From: Bacteroidota bacterium
GTDB taxonomy: Bacteria > Bacteroidota > Ignavibacteria > Kapaibacteriales > UBA2268
Assembly (NCBI GenBank): GCA_024278075.1
Contig: JAJRTW010000155.1
Span: 4,191 to 68,190, forward strand
Direction: 5' to 3'
DNA length: 64,000 nucleotides
The notes under the pieces are model-generated. The model was not told where the DNA came from and ran no database searches. It was given only the letters and a program-made list of their open reading frames with translations. Each line of letters begins with the position of its first letter. Position 1 is the stretch's first letter. Positions 27,837 to 37,095 of this stretch are shown here, in pieces. A program made the position numbers and the translations under genes.

Positions 27837-29387
27837 ATGGATATAGCAACATTAGAAGACCGTAATCTTGGTACAGTATCCGGCTTGGGCGGCTGGGGAG
27901 CTGATATGAATAAAAAGTGGGGAGGGACTACAGCATCGCTTCATCTGCAACCTATTCGTGAACGCAAGCTATATCATTATAACGATATTACGAGATGGGA
28001 AGATGCGAACGGCAATTCACCGAAAATCAAAGCAGAAATTGTCCGGCGTGGTGCCGTGCCGCATTATTCCATCCTTGGCCACTTGGGGCTTGCTCAACAG
28101 TTCATCAGAGGCGGAGATGTGCATATCTTCACCGATGATGTTGGGAACTTAATAATATTTGGGCTTTATGAATGCCGGAGTGATGACGTCCGGAAATGCT
28201 CGAAGCCTTCAAGGATGAGGGTGTTATATGATGCTGGAGTGCTGTTCAAAGATATTAGTCCCAGTATTGTTAATAAAACAATGGTCAAAACGGATAGGAA
28301 GACAGGTTCAGGATGGCCCGGCGAGACTACCAAGAATATATTTTGGGATAAAAAATGGATGAACAAAATGATACAGCGGGAAAATGAGGGGTTCTCTCCT
28401 GTGCCGTATCTGTATTTTGTTTATGATGTTAATCCGGTAACATTTAGCAGTGTTGTGATGGACATTGCGAATGTAGTATTGGCTTCTGCCGGCATGATTG
28501 CCAATTTCGTGACGGGCGGGGTTGTTAGCCCAATAGTCAATGCCGGTGTGAGTGTATTTACCAAATTGGTTGCGGGAGTTGCCAAAGACGGGAACATAAC
28601 GATCAATGATTTAACTGATGCCGTCGTTGCTTCAGCCCCGATATTGCTATCCGAAGATGACGTAGCCGCTACCCTGAAGAAAAATGTACCGATTGACATA
28701 AAGCCTCTTCAATCATTAGTCGAAGAAGGTGCTTTGGTATACCAAGCAGCGGCAAATGATGATCACGAATCTGTCTCGAAGTTGCTTGGAATTGATATTC
28801 GTTCGTTGGCCGGCCAGTTCCTCATGGCTGACCTGAAAAGTTATGATACTTATTCAATAACTGGTTCGGCACAGAAAAGATTATCTGATGTCGAAAAAAT
28901 CATGCAGTCGGTGCAAAATGCAGATATGATGTTGAATATGACAACGCAATACGACAGAATGAGCAGGGCGGCTTATGTCGAAAAAAACGCATTAATTCAT
29001 CACCCGATTCAGCAGTTTTTGATTAATGCTCAGGCAAATGTACAGATTAATAGCATGACAGATGAATTGAAGGGATTCATTGCCGGGTTCCCCAATGCTT
29101 TGGGTGCGGTTAAAATGATTGTACAAAACAATGATATGAATGTTCAAGAATTTAACGCTCTTTTGAATATCATTACGAACAGAGATATAGGGAAAAACGA
29201 TTTAGACCGATTAACAACAGACGCTTTAATGGAAAGGGCGAAGCATTATAAAGGCAAAAAATTTGTATTGCCATCGAACCTGCCTAACCATTTGATCGAT
29301 ACTGTTTCAGAAAAAATTAACAGGGAACTGCCTGGCGTAACAGTAATTAATCCAAAGAAACAGAAATATTACAGGGAGTTTGTATAA
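27837..29387 (+). CDS. Hypothetical 516-aa protein (N-terminus ..TVSGLGGWG..)
   Basis: Long ORF in the structural block with no Walker A, so not a terminase. The internal hydrophobic segment 'ANVVLASAGMIANFVTGGVVSPIVNAGVSVFTKLVAGVA' could be a membrane or fusion-like segment. Confidence 0.45.
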   Translation: MDIATLEDRNLGTVSGLGGWGADMNKKWGGTTASLHLQPIRERKLYHYNDITRWEDANGNSPKIKAEIVRRGAVPHYSILGHLGLAQQFIRGGDVHIFTDDVGNLIIFGLYECRSDDVRKCSKPSRMRVLYDAGVLFKDISPSIVNKTMVKTDRKTGSGWPGETTKNIFWDKKWMNKMIQRENEGFSPVPYLYFVYDVNPVTFSSVVMDIANVVLASAGMIANFVTGGVVSPIVNAGVSVFTKLVAGVAKDGNITINDLTDAVVASAPILLSEDDVAATLKKNVPIDIKPLQSLVEEGALVYQAAANDDHESVSKLLGIDIRSLAGQFLMADLKSYDTYSITGSAQKRLSDVEKIMQSVQNADMMLNMTTQYDRMSRAAYVEKNALIHHPIQQFLINAQANVQINSMTDELKGFIAGFPNALGAVKMIVQNNDMNVQEFNALLNIITNRDIGKNDLDRLTTDALMERAKHYKGKKFVLPSNLPNHLIDTVSEKINRELPGVTVINPKKQKYYREFV

Positions 29388-29863
29388 TGTATAACAGAGA
29401 AAATGTAGTTGCTACTATGCGTAAGCCGTGCAGTCAATCCTGTTTGCCAGACGATGCCGACTGTAACCCATGCGATCAGTCTCGTGGCGTTGATGGGACT
29501 GTGAATGTGAATTTAATATTAAACTCCGGCAATGACGCTTCAAGCCGAATGCCAATCGATGCAAGTACGCAGTCTCCGGTATTTCAGCCATACGTTTTAC
29601 AGCCGAATATGGTAACGCCTACGATGGTGCAACCGATGATGATTGAGCCGGGTATTTATGAAAATAAATACAATTCCGATGTCAATATTCAATATCCGGA
29701 CGGGAGTATTGTAGAAAGTGGCGACGGAATTATCTATGAGCCACAACCCGGCAACGGACAGCATATCCCCGAAGGCCATCGCCATAATCAATTCCAATAT
29801 ATCGACAGAGCGAGGGTGACAAAGAAAAGTTGTGTTGAGAAGTTTTACCCAGAGTTTATATAA
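29387..29863 (+). CDS. Cys-rich hypothetical protein (MYNREN.., CSQSC..DCNPCD)
   Basis: 158 aa; ATGT overlap with the upstream gene. Confidence 0.4.
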   Translation: MYNRENVVATMRKPCSQSCLPDDADCNPCDQSRGVDGTVNVNLILNSGNDASSRMPIDASTQSPVFQPYVLQPNMVTPTMVQPMMIEPGIYENKYNSDVNIQYPDGSIVESGDGIIYEPQPGNGQHIPEGHRHNQFQYIDRARVTKKSCVEKFYPEFI

Positions 29864-31278
29864 TGAGTTACAGAACTGCTAATAACACGATCCAGGGATT
29901 GGGGCAGGTTGATTATAACGCTGTCCTCGATCCGCTATGGGCTGATGCCAAGCGTGCTACCGACAGGTGGTCGCAGTCCAGCAACAATCCGGCTGTGCCG
30001 TTTCTCAATAAGATGTGGGAATTGCTTGGGGCTAATAATTGGATATATCGACTGGGCGGGGGGGCCCCCATCAGTGGGACTACATGGGACTTTGGCGACT
30101 ATCATATATCTTATACCGCAACGAACTTTGACGGGGGTAACCATCCGTCCGGCATTCCTGAATGGAATGGACAAAATCAGAGAGACCCGTACGGGCATGG
30201 CTGGCGGTTAAACTTCACGATATGCAAGCGGCCATTTGCGGGTGTGTTGTATGGCGATAGAGAGCAAGCATCGCAGACCACACGTAGGACAGCTTGGACA
30301 CCCGGCCCGCCAAAAATAAATAAATTCCCTCCGATTTACGATCGGGGTCTCCCGCTTTGCGGAAACGAAGTGCCTATTAATATAGGGTGTATCACAGAAT
30401 CAGTATTGAAGGGTGATTACTCGATAGACAAAATGGTTAATATGTATAGTGCGGCGGCTGATCCACCGAAGGTTGGTGATGATGGCAGCCTTTACCACAA
30501 CTATTATATTATGCCTGACGGCAAGATGTGGGGCTATTTCGGCGAGGGCAATGGCGAAACTATATACTGCTACCTCGGCAAATTGGACTGCCTGCCATTT
30601 GCAGCATTTCTTATGTATAATTCGTGGCCATCTGAAACATTCAGACATCCTTCCGGGAAGTTACGACTGGTAATGCCGGATGGCAGGCAATGGCTATATG
30701 ATGATTCAAGCGATGAGCCTAAGGACGATATTCGGGCAGATTGGATTAATAAAACAGGGCGAGTATGCCCTTTGACCGTAGAAAATTGTTATTTAGAAGC
30801 AGATTTTCTTAGAATATATGGCAACCCTGTTAGCACTGGCTACGATACCGGCAGAGGATACCGCTTGTATTATATGCAAGACGGGTCGGTATGGCATATG
30901 GACGAAGACAACGAATACCGGATATGTCCTTATCATTCAGGAAATCCACCCAAAGATAATCCACCAACGGATGGACAATGTAATTGCAATTGTGTTGAAG
31001 AGACAATACAAGAGACATTGTATCTGAATCCAATCAGGCAGAATGCCGATGACGTGCCGATTAATTTAATCAAGACTACGAGAATATGCGATCCTGCTCC
31101 ATATCAGGAAACGGTTAAAACAGATTGTGATGAATTATTGCCTGATATTGCCCGGCAGATGGCATTGATCCGAAGAGGTATTACACCGACGCCACAACAA
31201 TTTGCACCTGGCACTACGCCTGGCACACAACCAGAGGAAATATTTTATTTCCCAAATAATATTGGAAGAATAATTTAA
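29863..31278 (+). CDS. Hypothetical 471-aa protein (MSYR..GLGQ..) with C-terminal 5-Cys domain
   Basis: The C-terminus 'CNCNCVEETIQETLYLNPIRQNADDVPINLIKTTRICDPAPYQETVKTDCDELLP' is paralogous to the next two genes. Confidence 0.5.
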   Translation: MSYRTANNTIQGLGQVDYNAVLDPLWADAKRATDRWSQSSNNPAVPFLNKMWELLGANNWIYRLGGGAPISGTTWDFGDYHISYTATNFDGGNHPSGIPEWNGQNQRDPYGHGWRLNFTICKRPFAGVLYGDREQASQTTRRTAWTPGPPKINKFPPIYDRGLPLCGNEVPINIGCITESVLKGDYSIDKMVNMYSAAADPPKVGDDGSLYHNYYIMPDGKMWGYFGEGNGETIYCYLGKLDCLPFAAFLMYNSWPSETFRHPSGKLRLVMPDGRQWLYDDSSDEPKDDIRADWINKTGRVCPLTVENCYLEADFLRIYGNPVSTGYDTGRGYRLYYMQDGSVWHMDEDNEYRICPYHSGNPPKDNPPTDGQCNCNCVEETIQETLYLNPIRQNADDVPINLIKTTRICDPAPYQETVKTDCDELLPDIARQMALIRRGITPTPQQFAPGTTPGTQPEEIFYFPNNIGRII

Positions 31279-31287
31279 GAATAAATC

Positions 31288-31572
31288 TTGAGGAATATTA
31301 TGTATAGAACAGATAATCCAAACGGACTAAGCGGGTTGGGGCAGACTAACCCTGACTGCCCATGTACCTGTGTTGAAAAAACAGTGAAGGAAACATTGTA
31401 TATAAACCCAATTCGGCTTTCCGGCGATGACGTGCCGGTAACTGTTGCCAAGAGCGGGCGGAGATGCGATCCGATACAACAGACATCTGAATACGCTTGG
31501 GATTGCGAGACACTGTTGCCAAACATCAAGAGGAGCATTGAAAACAATCGTTACCGTGCAAGGGGTGCCTAA
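31288..31572 (+). CDS. Stand-alone copy of the 5-Cys domain (MYR..NGLSGLGQ..CPCTCVEKT..)
   Basis: 94 aa: 'CPCTCVEKTVKETLYINPIRLSGDDVPVTVAKSGRRCDPIQQTSEYAWDCETLLP'. Confidence 0.5.
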   Translation: MRNIMYRTDNPNGLSGLGQTNPDCPCTCVEKTVKETLYINPIRLSGDDVPVTVAKSGRRCDPIQQTSEYAWDCETLLPNIKRSIENNRYRARGA

Positions 31573-31631
31573 AACGGGCAGTAATTATTAAGCAAGCGAA
31601 TTATTAACTAATAAATTAAAAGGGGAATATT

Positions 31632-32123
31632 ATGCCACCGGACTTATGGATACCAGACGGAACAAGAGCATACCAGGGCGGAGAAACAGCAGGAGACTCG
31701 GCAACACGCCCTGGCGGAGGTGGAGTGCCTCCGAATAACACACAGCCTTGCCCGTGCGATTGCCGGGATGTAGTGGAGAACGAAACATGGTATATATCCA
31801 GGTCAGCATCGCAATATGCAATTCCGTTTGACATTACAAAAACGCACATGAATTGCGACCCGTATGAGGGCGAGCAAGTATACGACCCGAAGTGTCCTGA
31901 ATTCACCGCAGCCCTTCAGCAAATGGGATATACGGGGGTCAAGGGCATCAGCGGGTTGAATTGCGGCCACACAATAAGCGGATTAGCAGGCTACAAACCG
32001 GGTGACGGCGAAGCAAAAGCGAAGGCAGAAGAGCAGCCATATTACAAAAAGCCGGTACTGGTTATCGGGGCGGCTGCCGCAGTAGGCGGACTGACATATT
32101 TGTTTCATACAATGAATAAATAA
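31632..32123 (+). CDS. Third 5-Cys-domain protein with C-terminal TM anchor
   Basis: 'CPCDCRDVVENETWYISRS...IPFDITKTHMNCDPYEGEQVYDPKCPEF'; also 'GISGLNCGHTISGLAGY'. C-terminal TM 'VLVIGAAAAVGGLTYLF'. Confidence 0.5.
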   Translation: MPPDLWIPDGTRAYQGGETAGDSATRPGGGGVPPNNTQPCPCDCRDVVENETWYISRSASQYAIPFDITKTHMNCDPYEGEQVYDPKCPEFTAALQQMGYTGVKGISGLNCGHTISGLAGYKPGDGEAKAKAEEQPYYKKPVLVIGAAAAVGGLTYLFHTMNK

Positions 32124-32136
32124 TGAGGGTAGCGAA

Positions 32137-32352
32137 ATGTATCGTGCAAGTATTTTAGAAGGATTGGGTGGGGCCGAATATGACCCTTTAACCAATCCGC
32201 CCGGTGACACCGGACAGCCAACTAAATCCGATGAACAGAAATGCACAGGCGAGGATTGTTTGGACGAATGCAATGTGTATTGGCCTTTGTGGGGAGGGCT
32301 TGTATTTGTGCTATATACATGGTTTTTGCCCAAGCTAAGTACAAAGAGATAA
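32137..32352 (+). CDS. Small protein (MYR..LEGLGG..) with C-terminal TM
   Basis: 71 aa with the C-terminal hydrophobic segment 'LWGGLVFVLYTWFL'. Confidence 0.35.
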   Translation: MYRASILEGLGGAEYDPLTNPPGDTGQPTKSDEQKCTGEDCLDECNVYWPLWGGLVFVLYTWFLPKLSTKR

Positions 32353-32376
32353 TTAACAATTATATAATATATATCT

Positions 32377-33021
32377 ATGGAGGATTTTATGAAACGCAGG
32401 AGGAAAGGTAAGATTAATTTCGGTGCTAATTTCAAAAAAGCCACGGCCCAACCTGCCATTAACGAAAGCCTTTGGGCTTTGCTGGCTCTGCCATTGTGGA
32501 TAGTGCCATCGTCCGTTCTCAAGCTAACCGGCTGGAGTGGCTGGGCGATGAGTTTCGCAACCACATGGCTGGCCGGGGCATTGTTTGACAAGCCGGCAAT
32601 TCGATACGCCGCAGTAGGACTGGGCATTACTCAGATCGGTTATACGAAAATGAGCGGTGCTTTGAATGACATAGGCATACCGCCCTGGCGAATGGGCGGC
32701 GGAGCCGATTACAACGGACAGAAGATAGAAGCGAAAAAGGACGAATCCGGCGGGGCAGCAGGGCTGTTCGGGATGCAGGGCTATCCGAGTCCGATAGCAT
32801 TACCGGTGCAGGAAGGGGCAAGGGTGATTAACACACCACAAGGCCCGATTATGAGCAGACCCGCACCTGAATTGACAACAGCACCAGCACCATCGGATAC
32901 AATGATGGGCATGAGCGGCTATAACGCTGACGACGGCGGCCAGCTTAACGACAATGTAAGTTTAATGCCGGGAAGATTCCAGCGGCCTACATTGCATGAC
33001 GCATATAGCAAAGTGGGTTGA
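32377..33021 (+). CDS. Hypothetical membrane protein
   Basis: 214 aa with two central hydrophobic helices and a Gly-rich C-terminus. Confidence 0.4.
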   Translation: MEDFMKRRRKGKINFGANFKKATAQPAINESLWALLALPLWIVPSSVLKLTGWSGWAMSFATTWLAGALFDKPAIRYAAVGLGITQIGYTKMSGALNDIGIPPWRMGGGADYNGQKIEAKKDESGGAAGLFGMQGYPSPIALPVQEGARVINTPQGPIMSRPAPELTTAPAPSDTMMGMSGYNADDGGQLNDNVSLMPGRFQRPTLHDAYSKVG

Positions 33022-33079
33022 ATAAGACATTATTTTAATTAACAGTTATTAATTCATTTACTAATTAATGGAGTAGATT

Positions 33080-33712
33080 ATGGAACAGAAATTTCTACCG
33101 GGCAATGAAATAGTTGCGAAACCCGGAGCGCCACCACCAGGGACAAGGAGTGAGGACACCGTCTTGTTAGGCTTCGATACAGCTTATTGGGCATCCGGTG
33201 CAGTCACAATCGACGAACAGCAGTTGTTTGCACAGTCATCGGTGACAAAAACACCGAGATACAGGAGCTTCGTTTTTGATACGGAAGCTCAAAAGAAAAA
33301 CATGATAATCACGGGGCTTAGGGCTTCGCATATCATGGAGTTTGCAGCTCTTGGCACAGCACCGTCTGCTGTCAGCCAGATGGTATTTGAGGAATTCTCT
33401 CTTTTGGAGATTACACTTCGTGAGAAGAAATATCCTTCGATACCGCTTGCTGAATTGCTGCCATACAAAGGCTACTGGAACGGATCATCTGTCTCGCATC
33501 AGTTGAACGATTATCCGTATTACACACTGCCGGAGCCGATAATTGTTCCTGAAGCAGGTAACATCGACTTTAACTTCTCACCGCTTTCGGGATACACTAC
33601 CGGTGCGTCGAACAACAGCAACCCGCAGTTGCCAGGACTTGGATTAACAAGCAACTATGGCTTCTTTATCAAGTTTTATATCTATGGTAAACAGCGTAGA
33701 GCTATTGCGTAA
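33080..33712 (+). CDS. Hypothetical (possible virion/baseplate) protein
   Basis: 210-aa ORF with a consistent plus-strand coding run. Confidence 0.4.
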   Translation: MEQKFLPGNEIVAKPGAPPPGTRSEDTVLLGFDTAYWASGAVTIDEQQLFAQSSVTKTPRYRSFVFDTEAQKKNMIITGLRASHIMEFAALGTAPSAVSQMVFEEFSLLEITLREKKYPSIPLAELLPYKGYWNGSSVSHQLNDYPYYTLPEPIIVPEAGNIDFNFSPLSGYTTGASNNSNPQLPGLGLTSNYGFFIKFYIYGKQRRAIA

Positions 33713-33752
33713 CCAAGTGGTTGGTGGATTGATTTTAATAATCTCTGGTTCT

Positions 33753-33772
33753 CCCCCCGGTTGTCCGGGGGG
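33753..33772 (+). other. GC-only stem-loop (ccccccgg-ttgt-ccgggggg) in intergenic space
   Basis: A perfect 8-bp G/C stem within an AT-rich island, with no U-tract. It could be a regulatory or processing hairpin. Confidence 0.4.
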
Positions 33773-33800
33773 CGGATCAGTTTAAACAGAGAGGAAAGCA

Positions 33801-34652
33801 ATGGAAGCAAAAAGTCAATTATTTGGCTCTAAGATATTTAATGTGGTCAAGTCATTGTCGGTTACGGCGACAACTGGTACGGACACCGTAGAGGAGTATT
33901 TGCGTACACCGGATTCGTATATGAAGGTAAATGCAATTCGTGCGGAGGTGTGGCACGGCGGCACTAAAATATTGCCGACTGCTCTAAATTTGGACAATAT
34001 GACGGTGCAGCTTCAGGATGTAGGCGAATCGGATAGTTTGTTTGCCTCGAACCCGATTCATGTGTTCACATTGAATAAGCTCGGCAGCGGCGACAATTTC
34101 AGAGGCTTCGTTTTTGAGCCTGGAAAAAGGCTCAAGATAACATTTGTGCATGATGGTTCGGGTGCAGGGAATATCACTTCAGGCACACTTGAATTGCGTT
34201 TGATTTTCTCAGGCAAGAAAATTGAGAAACCCGAAGGCCGCCTGCTTTCATTAAGCCGGCAGTTCTATAATCATTGCATGAAATTCACTATTCCTGTCGA
34301 TAGTGATGGCGTAACGCTAAATATGCCTGCTCCGGGCTTGGATATGGCTATCGATCAGATGGCAGTCGAAGTAATAAACAACGGCACGATAATTCAGTGG
34401 AACAGTGCCTCGCAGGATAAGTTGAATTTGAAGATGGAGGAACTGCAAGGCGATAATTTGTTCGGAACCGGCAGTATGGATGTCTTCTCAATGGAAGAAG
34501 TGGGAATGAATATTAACTTTGAGGGATTCAACTTCGACGCAGAGACCGATATTGAAGCGACGGTGAGCCATTCATCGGTGAATGAGACTTCAAACGCCTA
34601 TACGGTAAAGCTAATATTTTCCGGCTCGCCCAAAAACGGAATATTATTTTAA
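33801..34652 (+). CDS. Hypothetical structural protein
   Basis: 283-aa ORF. Confidence 0.4.
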   Translation: MEAKSQLFGSKIFNVVKSLSVTATTGTDTVEEYLRTPDSYMKVNAIRAEVWHGGTKILPTALNLDNMTVQLQDVGESDSLFASNPIHVFTLNKLGSGDNFRGFVFEPGKRLKITFVHDGSGAGNITSGTLELRLIFSGKKIEKPEGRLLSLSRQFYNHCMKFTIPVDSDGVTLNMPAPGLDMAIDQMAVEVINNGTIIQWNSASQDKLNLKMEELQGDNLFGTGSMDVFSMEEVGMNINFEGFNFDAETDIEATVSHSSVNETSNAYTVKLIFSGSPKNGILF

Positions 34653-34663
34653 GGGAACAAACG

Positions 34664-35389
34664 ATGCTAAAAGCTCTTGATAGTACGGATTCCACTTACC
34701 TGGCCGGAGTGTATAAAAGCCGGTGGCAATCGGCGATTCTGTCTTGGTTTTCTTCTACTCAATCTACTCAGCCATCGGACTCTCACATGCCAGACCGTTG
34801 GGACGGGCTGATTTATGACAGCGGCGGTGTCGAAATGGAAAAGCTCGGTGCCGATGTTGCTTACACCGGTTCGGAAGATTTGCAGAATAATCCATATTCG
34901 GCACGTTTGAGACCTCTAACGGATTATAGCTTTCTGAAAGCAGCGAAAAATATAATGATAGTCAAATGTGTATTTAGTGCGTTTGATGCTACGAAGGTTG
35001 GCAGTTCTCATCAAACTACTGCCGTCAATACGGCTTTGTCAGATTCCCTGAGCAATGTAAACAACGCATACATACAGTCACGTTTTTTGAATGACATGCC
35101 TGTCACTTGGATGCCAAATTTATTCAGGCCCATAGTTAAAATCGGCGGTACGAATATCTTCAGGGAATTGAAGTTGTCGGCATTCGGCGATAATAATAAC
35201 AATGAAGGTGATTTAGGGATCGGATGGCCACTTCCATTTGAGTTTCACAAATACGAAATGTTCAATGATCCGATTGATACTATTGATGTTGAGGCGGCAG
35301 TCGGGCAATTCATCGACGTTAGCGGTACTTTGTATTGCAAACGGTATCCGGTGAGAATGGACATGGTTGTTACATATCAGAAAAAGTAA
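34664..35389 (+). CDS. Hypothetical structural protein
   Basis: 241-aa ORF. Confidence 0.4.
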   Translation: MLKALDSTDSTYLAGVYKSRWQSAILSWFSSTQSTQPSDSHMPDRWDGLIYDSGGVEMEKLGADVAYTGSEDLQNNPYSARLRPLTDYSFLKAAKNIMIVKCVFSAFDATKVGSSHQTTAVNTALSDSLSNVNNAYIQSRFLNDMPVTWMPNLFRPIVKIGGTNIFRELKLSAFGDNNNNEGDLGIGWPLPFEFHKYEMFNDPIDTIDVEAAVGQFIDVSGTLYCKRYPVRMDMVVTYQKK

Positions 35390-35390
35390 T

Positions 35391-35915
35391 ATGAAAATGA
35401 CATCACAGCAGGTGTACAATTTAATATTAAGCACCTCAATTTACATAACCGGACTGATAGACGATTTTGACGACATCGACCCGAGAGAACTGGCGGAATG
35501 GGGGCATTCGGTCGCCAAATACGAAAGCATGTACGACACGAAGGCCAAAAATCCCGCAAGCTCTGCTAAAGGGCTGATGCAATTAGTGGACAAGACAAAA
35601 GAATGGATGGAAAAGAAATACTATGGCGGCGAAATTGCCGAATCGAACAAAATGTATGACCCGAAATATAATGTTAAAATCGGGCTGGCTTATTTAGCGT
35701 ATCTGTTCAACAGGTACAAACACGAAAGCGACCCCTGGAAACGGGCGGTAATCGCATATTATTATGGGCATTATAAGTCCGAAGACCCTGACGGATATTG
35801 GAAACGTGTATTTGGGTATAATAAAGAATTTGACTACGGAGATTTAGGGAAAGATTACAAGCCCGAATATACTGATTTACCAAAGCAAAAGGGGTTCTAT
35901 TTAGAATTTACATGA
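35391..35915 (+). CDS. Lytic transglycosylase (SLT domain)
   Basis: 'AKYESMYD...SSAKGLMQLVDKT' (ES...GLMQ) and 'AYYYGH' (AYNxG-like) signatures. Confidence 0.65.
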   Translation: MKMTSQQVYNLILSTSIYITGLIDDFDDIDPRELAEWGHSVAKYESMYDTKAKNPASSAKGLMQLVDKTKEWMEKKYYGGEIAESNKMYDPKYNVKIGLAYLAYLFNRYKHESDPWKRAVIAYYYGHYKSEDPDGYWKRVFGYNKEFDYGDLGKDYKPEYTDLPKQKGFYLEFT

Positions 35916-35931
35916 TACATGAGGCAAAAAA

Positions 35932-37095
35932 ATGAAACGTAATATTGAAGCAATGAAGTTGAGCAATTTCGAGCGTGACCTTGTCTATACGATTGGCATT
36001 CCACGGACGAAATCGCCAATGGCAAGGAGAATCGAATTCGTATCGGGCGAAAACCCGATTACTCGTCATGGCAGATGGTTCCATGATAATGGCTATAAGA
36101 ATCCGATGGATTATTTCACAGCTAATCCTGACGGCCTCGACAGGAAGGCGTATAGTGTTTACATCACTAATGGTGACGGCACATATCAGCTATTTTACAT
36201 CGGCACACCTTCACTCGGCAATTCACAAAACACCGCACTGAATGACAATTTAACACACAACAGTTATGACCCGGGCAATTCAAAGGACATAAAAGATATG
36301 TCAGAAAAAATGTTTGAATCGCAAAATGAAAGTACCAAACAGCAGCTTGATACAATTAGGGATAACTTCAAGGAATTGATGGCAGGAAAAGATCAGCAAA
36401 TTGAGATGCTCAGAATGCAGATAGAAAACTTGCAGGTAAATTCCGGAGGGAACGTGAAAGAATGGTCGGAGATGCTCCAGCAGGCACGTGAGGAAATAAA
36501 TAGTTGGGCCGATAAATACGACGAGGTAGTCTCCTCGATGACAACGCAGATTATCGAAGCGGAACGAAGGACTAATGAAGCGGAGAAGAAATTTGAGACG
36601 GCACAGGCTGAATTTAAGGCAATGCAAGAGCAAAAAATATTTGAGAAAACGTTGCATGAAGAATTTGAGCAGGAAGCCGAGGAGACATTGAAGGGGTTAG
36701 AAGAGGCCAATGCAAGCAAGGGCAATCTTATTTCTGCTATTGCAAAACCCTTTCTTGAAAATGAACAGGTGCTGGGTTCTCTTGCGAATGCCGCCGCAAA
36801 ATTGGTTGAGAAACTATCAAACTTAGGGCAGGGGCAGCAGCCCCCGCAACCGATGTATCCGCCTAATATGTCAATGATGAATAATCAAATGCCTGTGCAG
36901 AATCCGATGCCGAATTCAATGATGAACGGCGGTACCCCGGGCGTGGCAATGCCAAATGTTGTAAATCCAAATGTTGCAAATCCGGTTGTTGAAGATATGT
37001 CTGTGCCGGTGTATAATCCGCCCGTTATGCCGGGCGTGGCGACAACAGGCGAAGCACAAGCAGGAACGAATTACAACGGGCAGCCGGAACAATGA
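35932..37095 (+). CDS. Coiled-coil protein with P/M/N-rich low-complexity C-terminus
   Basis: 387 aa. Residues ~120-260 are heptad-rich (EMLRMQIENLQ..). The C-terminus is 'QQPPQPMYPPNMSMMNNQMPVQNPMPNSMMNGGTPGVAMPNVVNPNVANP'. Confidence 0.45.
   Translation: MKRNIEAMKLSNFERDLVYTIGIPRTKSPMARRIEFVSGENPITRHGRWFHDNGYKNPMDYFTANPDGLDRKAYSVYITNGDGTYQLFYIGTPSLGNSQNTALNDNLTHNSYDPGNSKDIKDMSEKMFESQNESTKQQLDTIRDNFKELMAGKDQQIEMLRMQIENLQVNSGGNVKEWSEMLQQAREEINSWADKYDEVVSSMTTQIIEAERRTNEAEKKFETAQAEFKAMQEQKIFEKTLHEEFEQEAEETLKGLEEANASKGNLISAIAKPFLENEQVLGSLANAAAKLVEKLSNLGQGQQPPQPMYPPNMSMMNNQMPVQNPMPNSMMNGGTPGVAMPNVVNPNVANPVVEDMSVPVYNPPVMPGVATTGEAQAGTNYNGQPEQ

Noticed and set aside
27837-29387. 516-aa ORF as terminase large subunit
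   Set aside because: It has no Walker A/B motifs or nuclease-like acidic motif. The size alone is not evidence.
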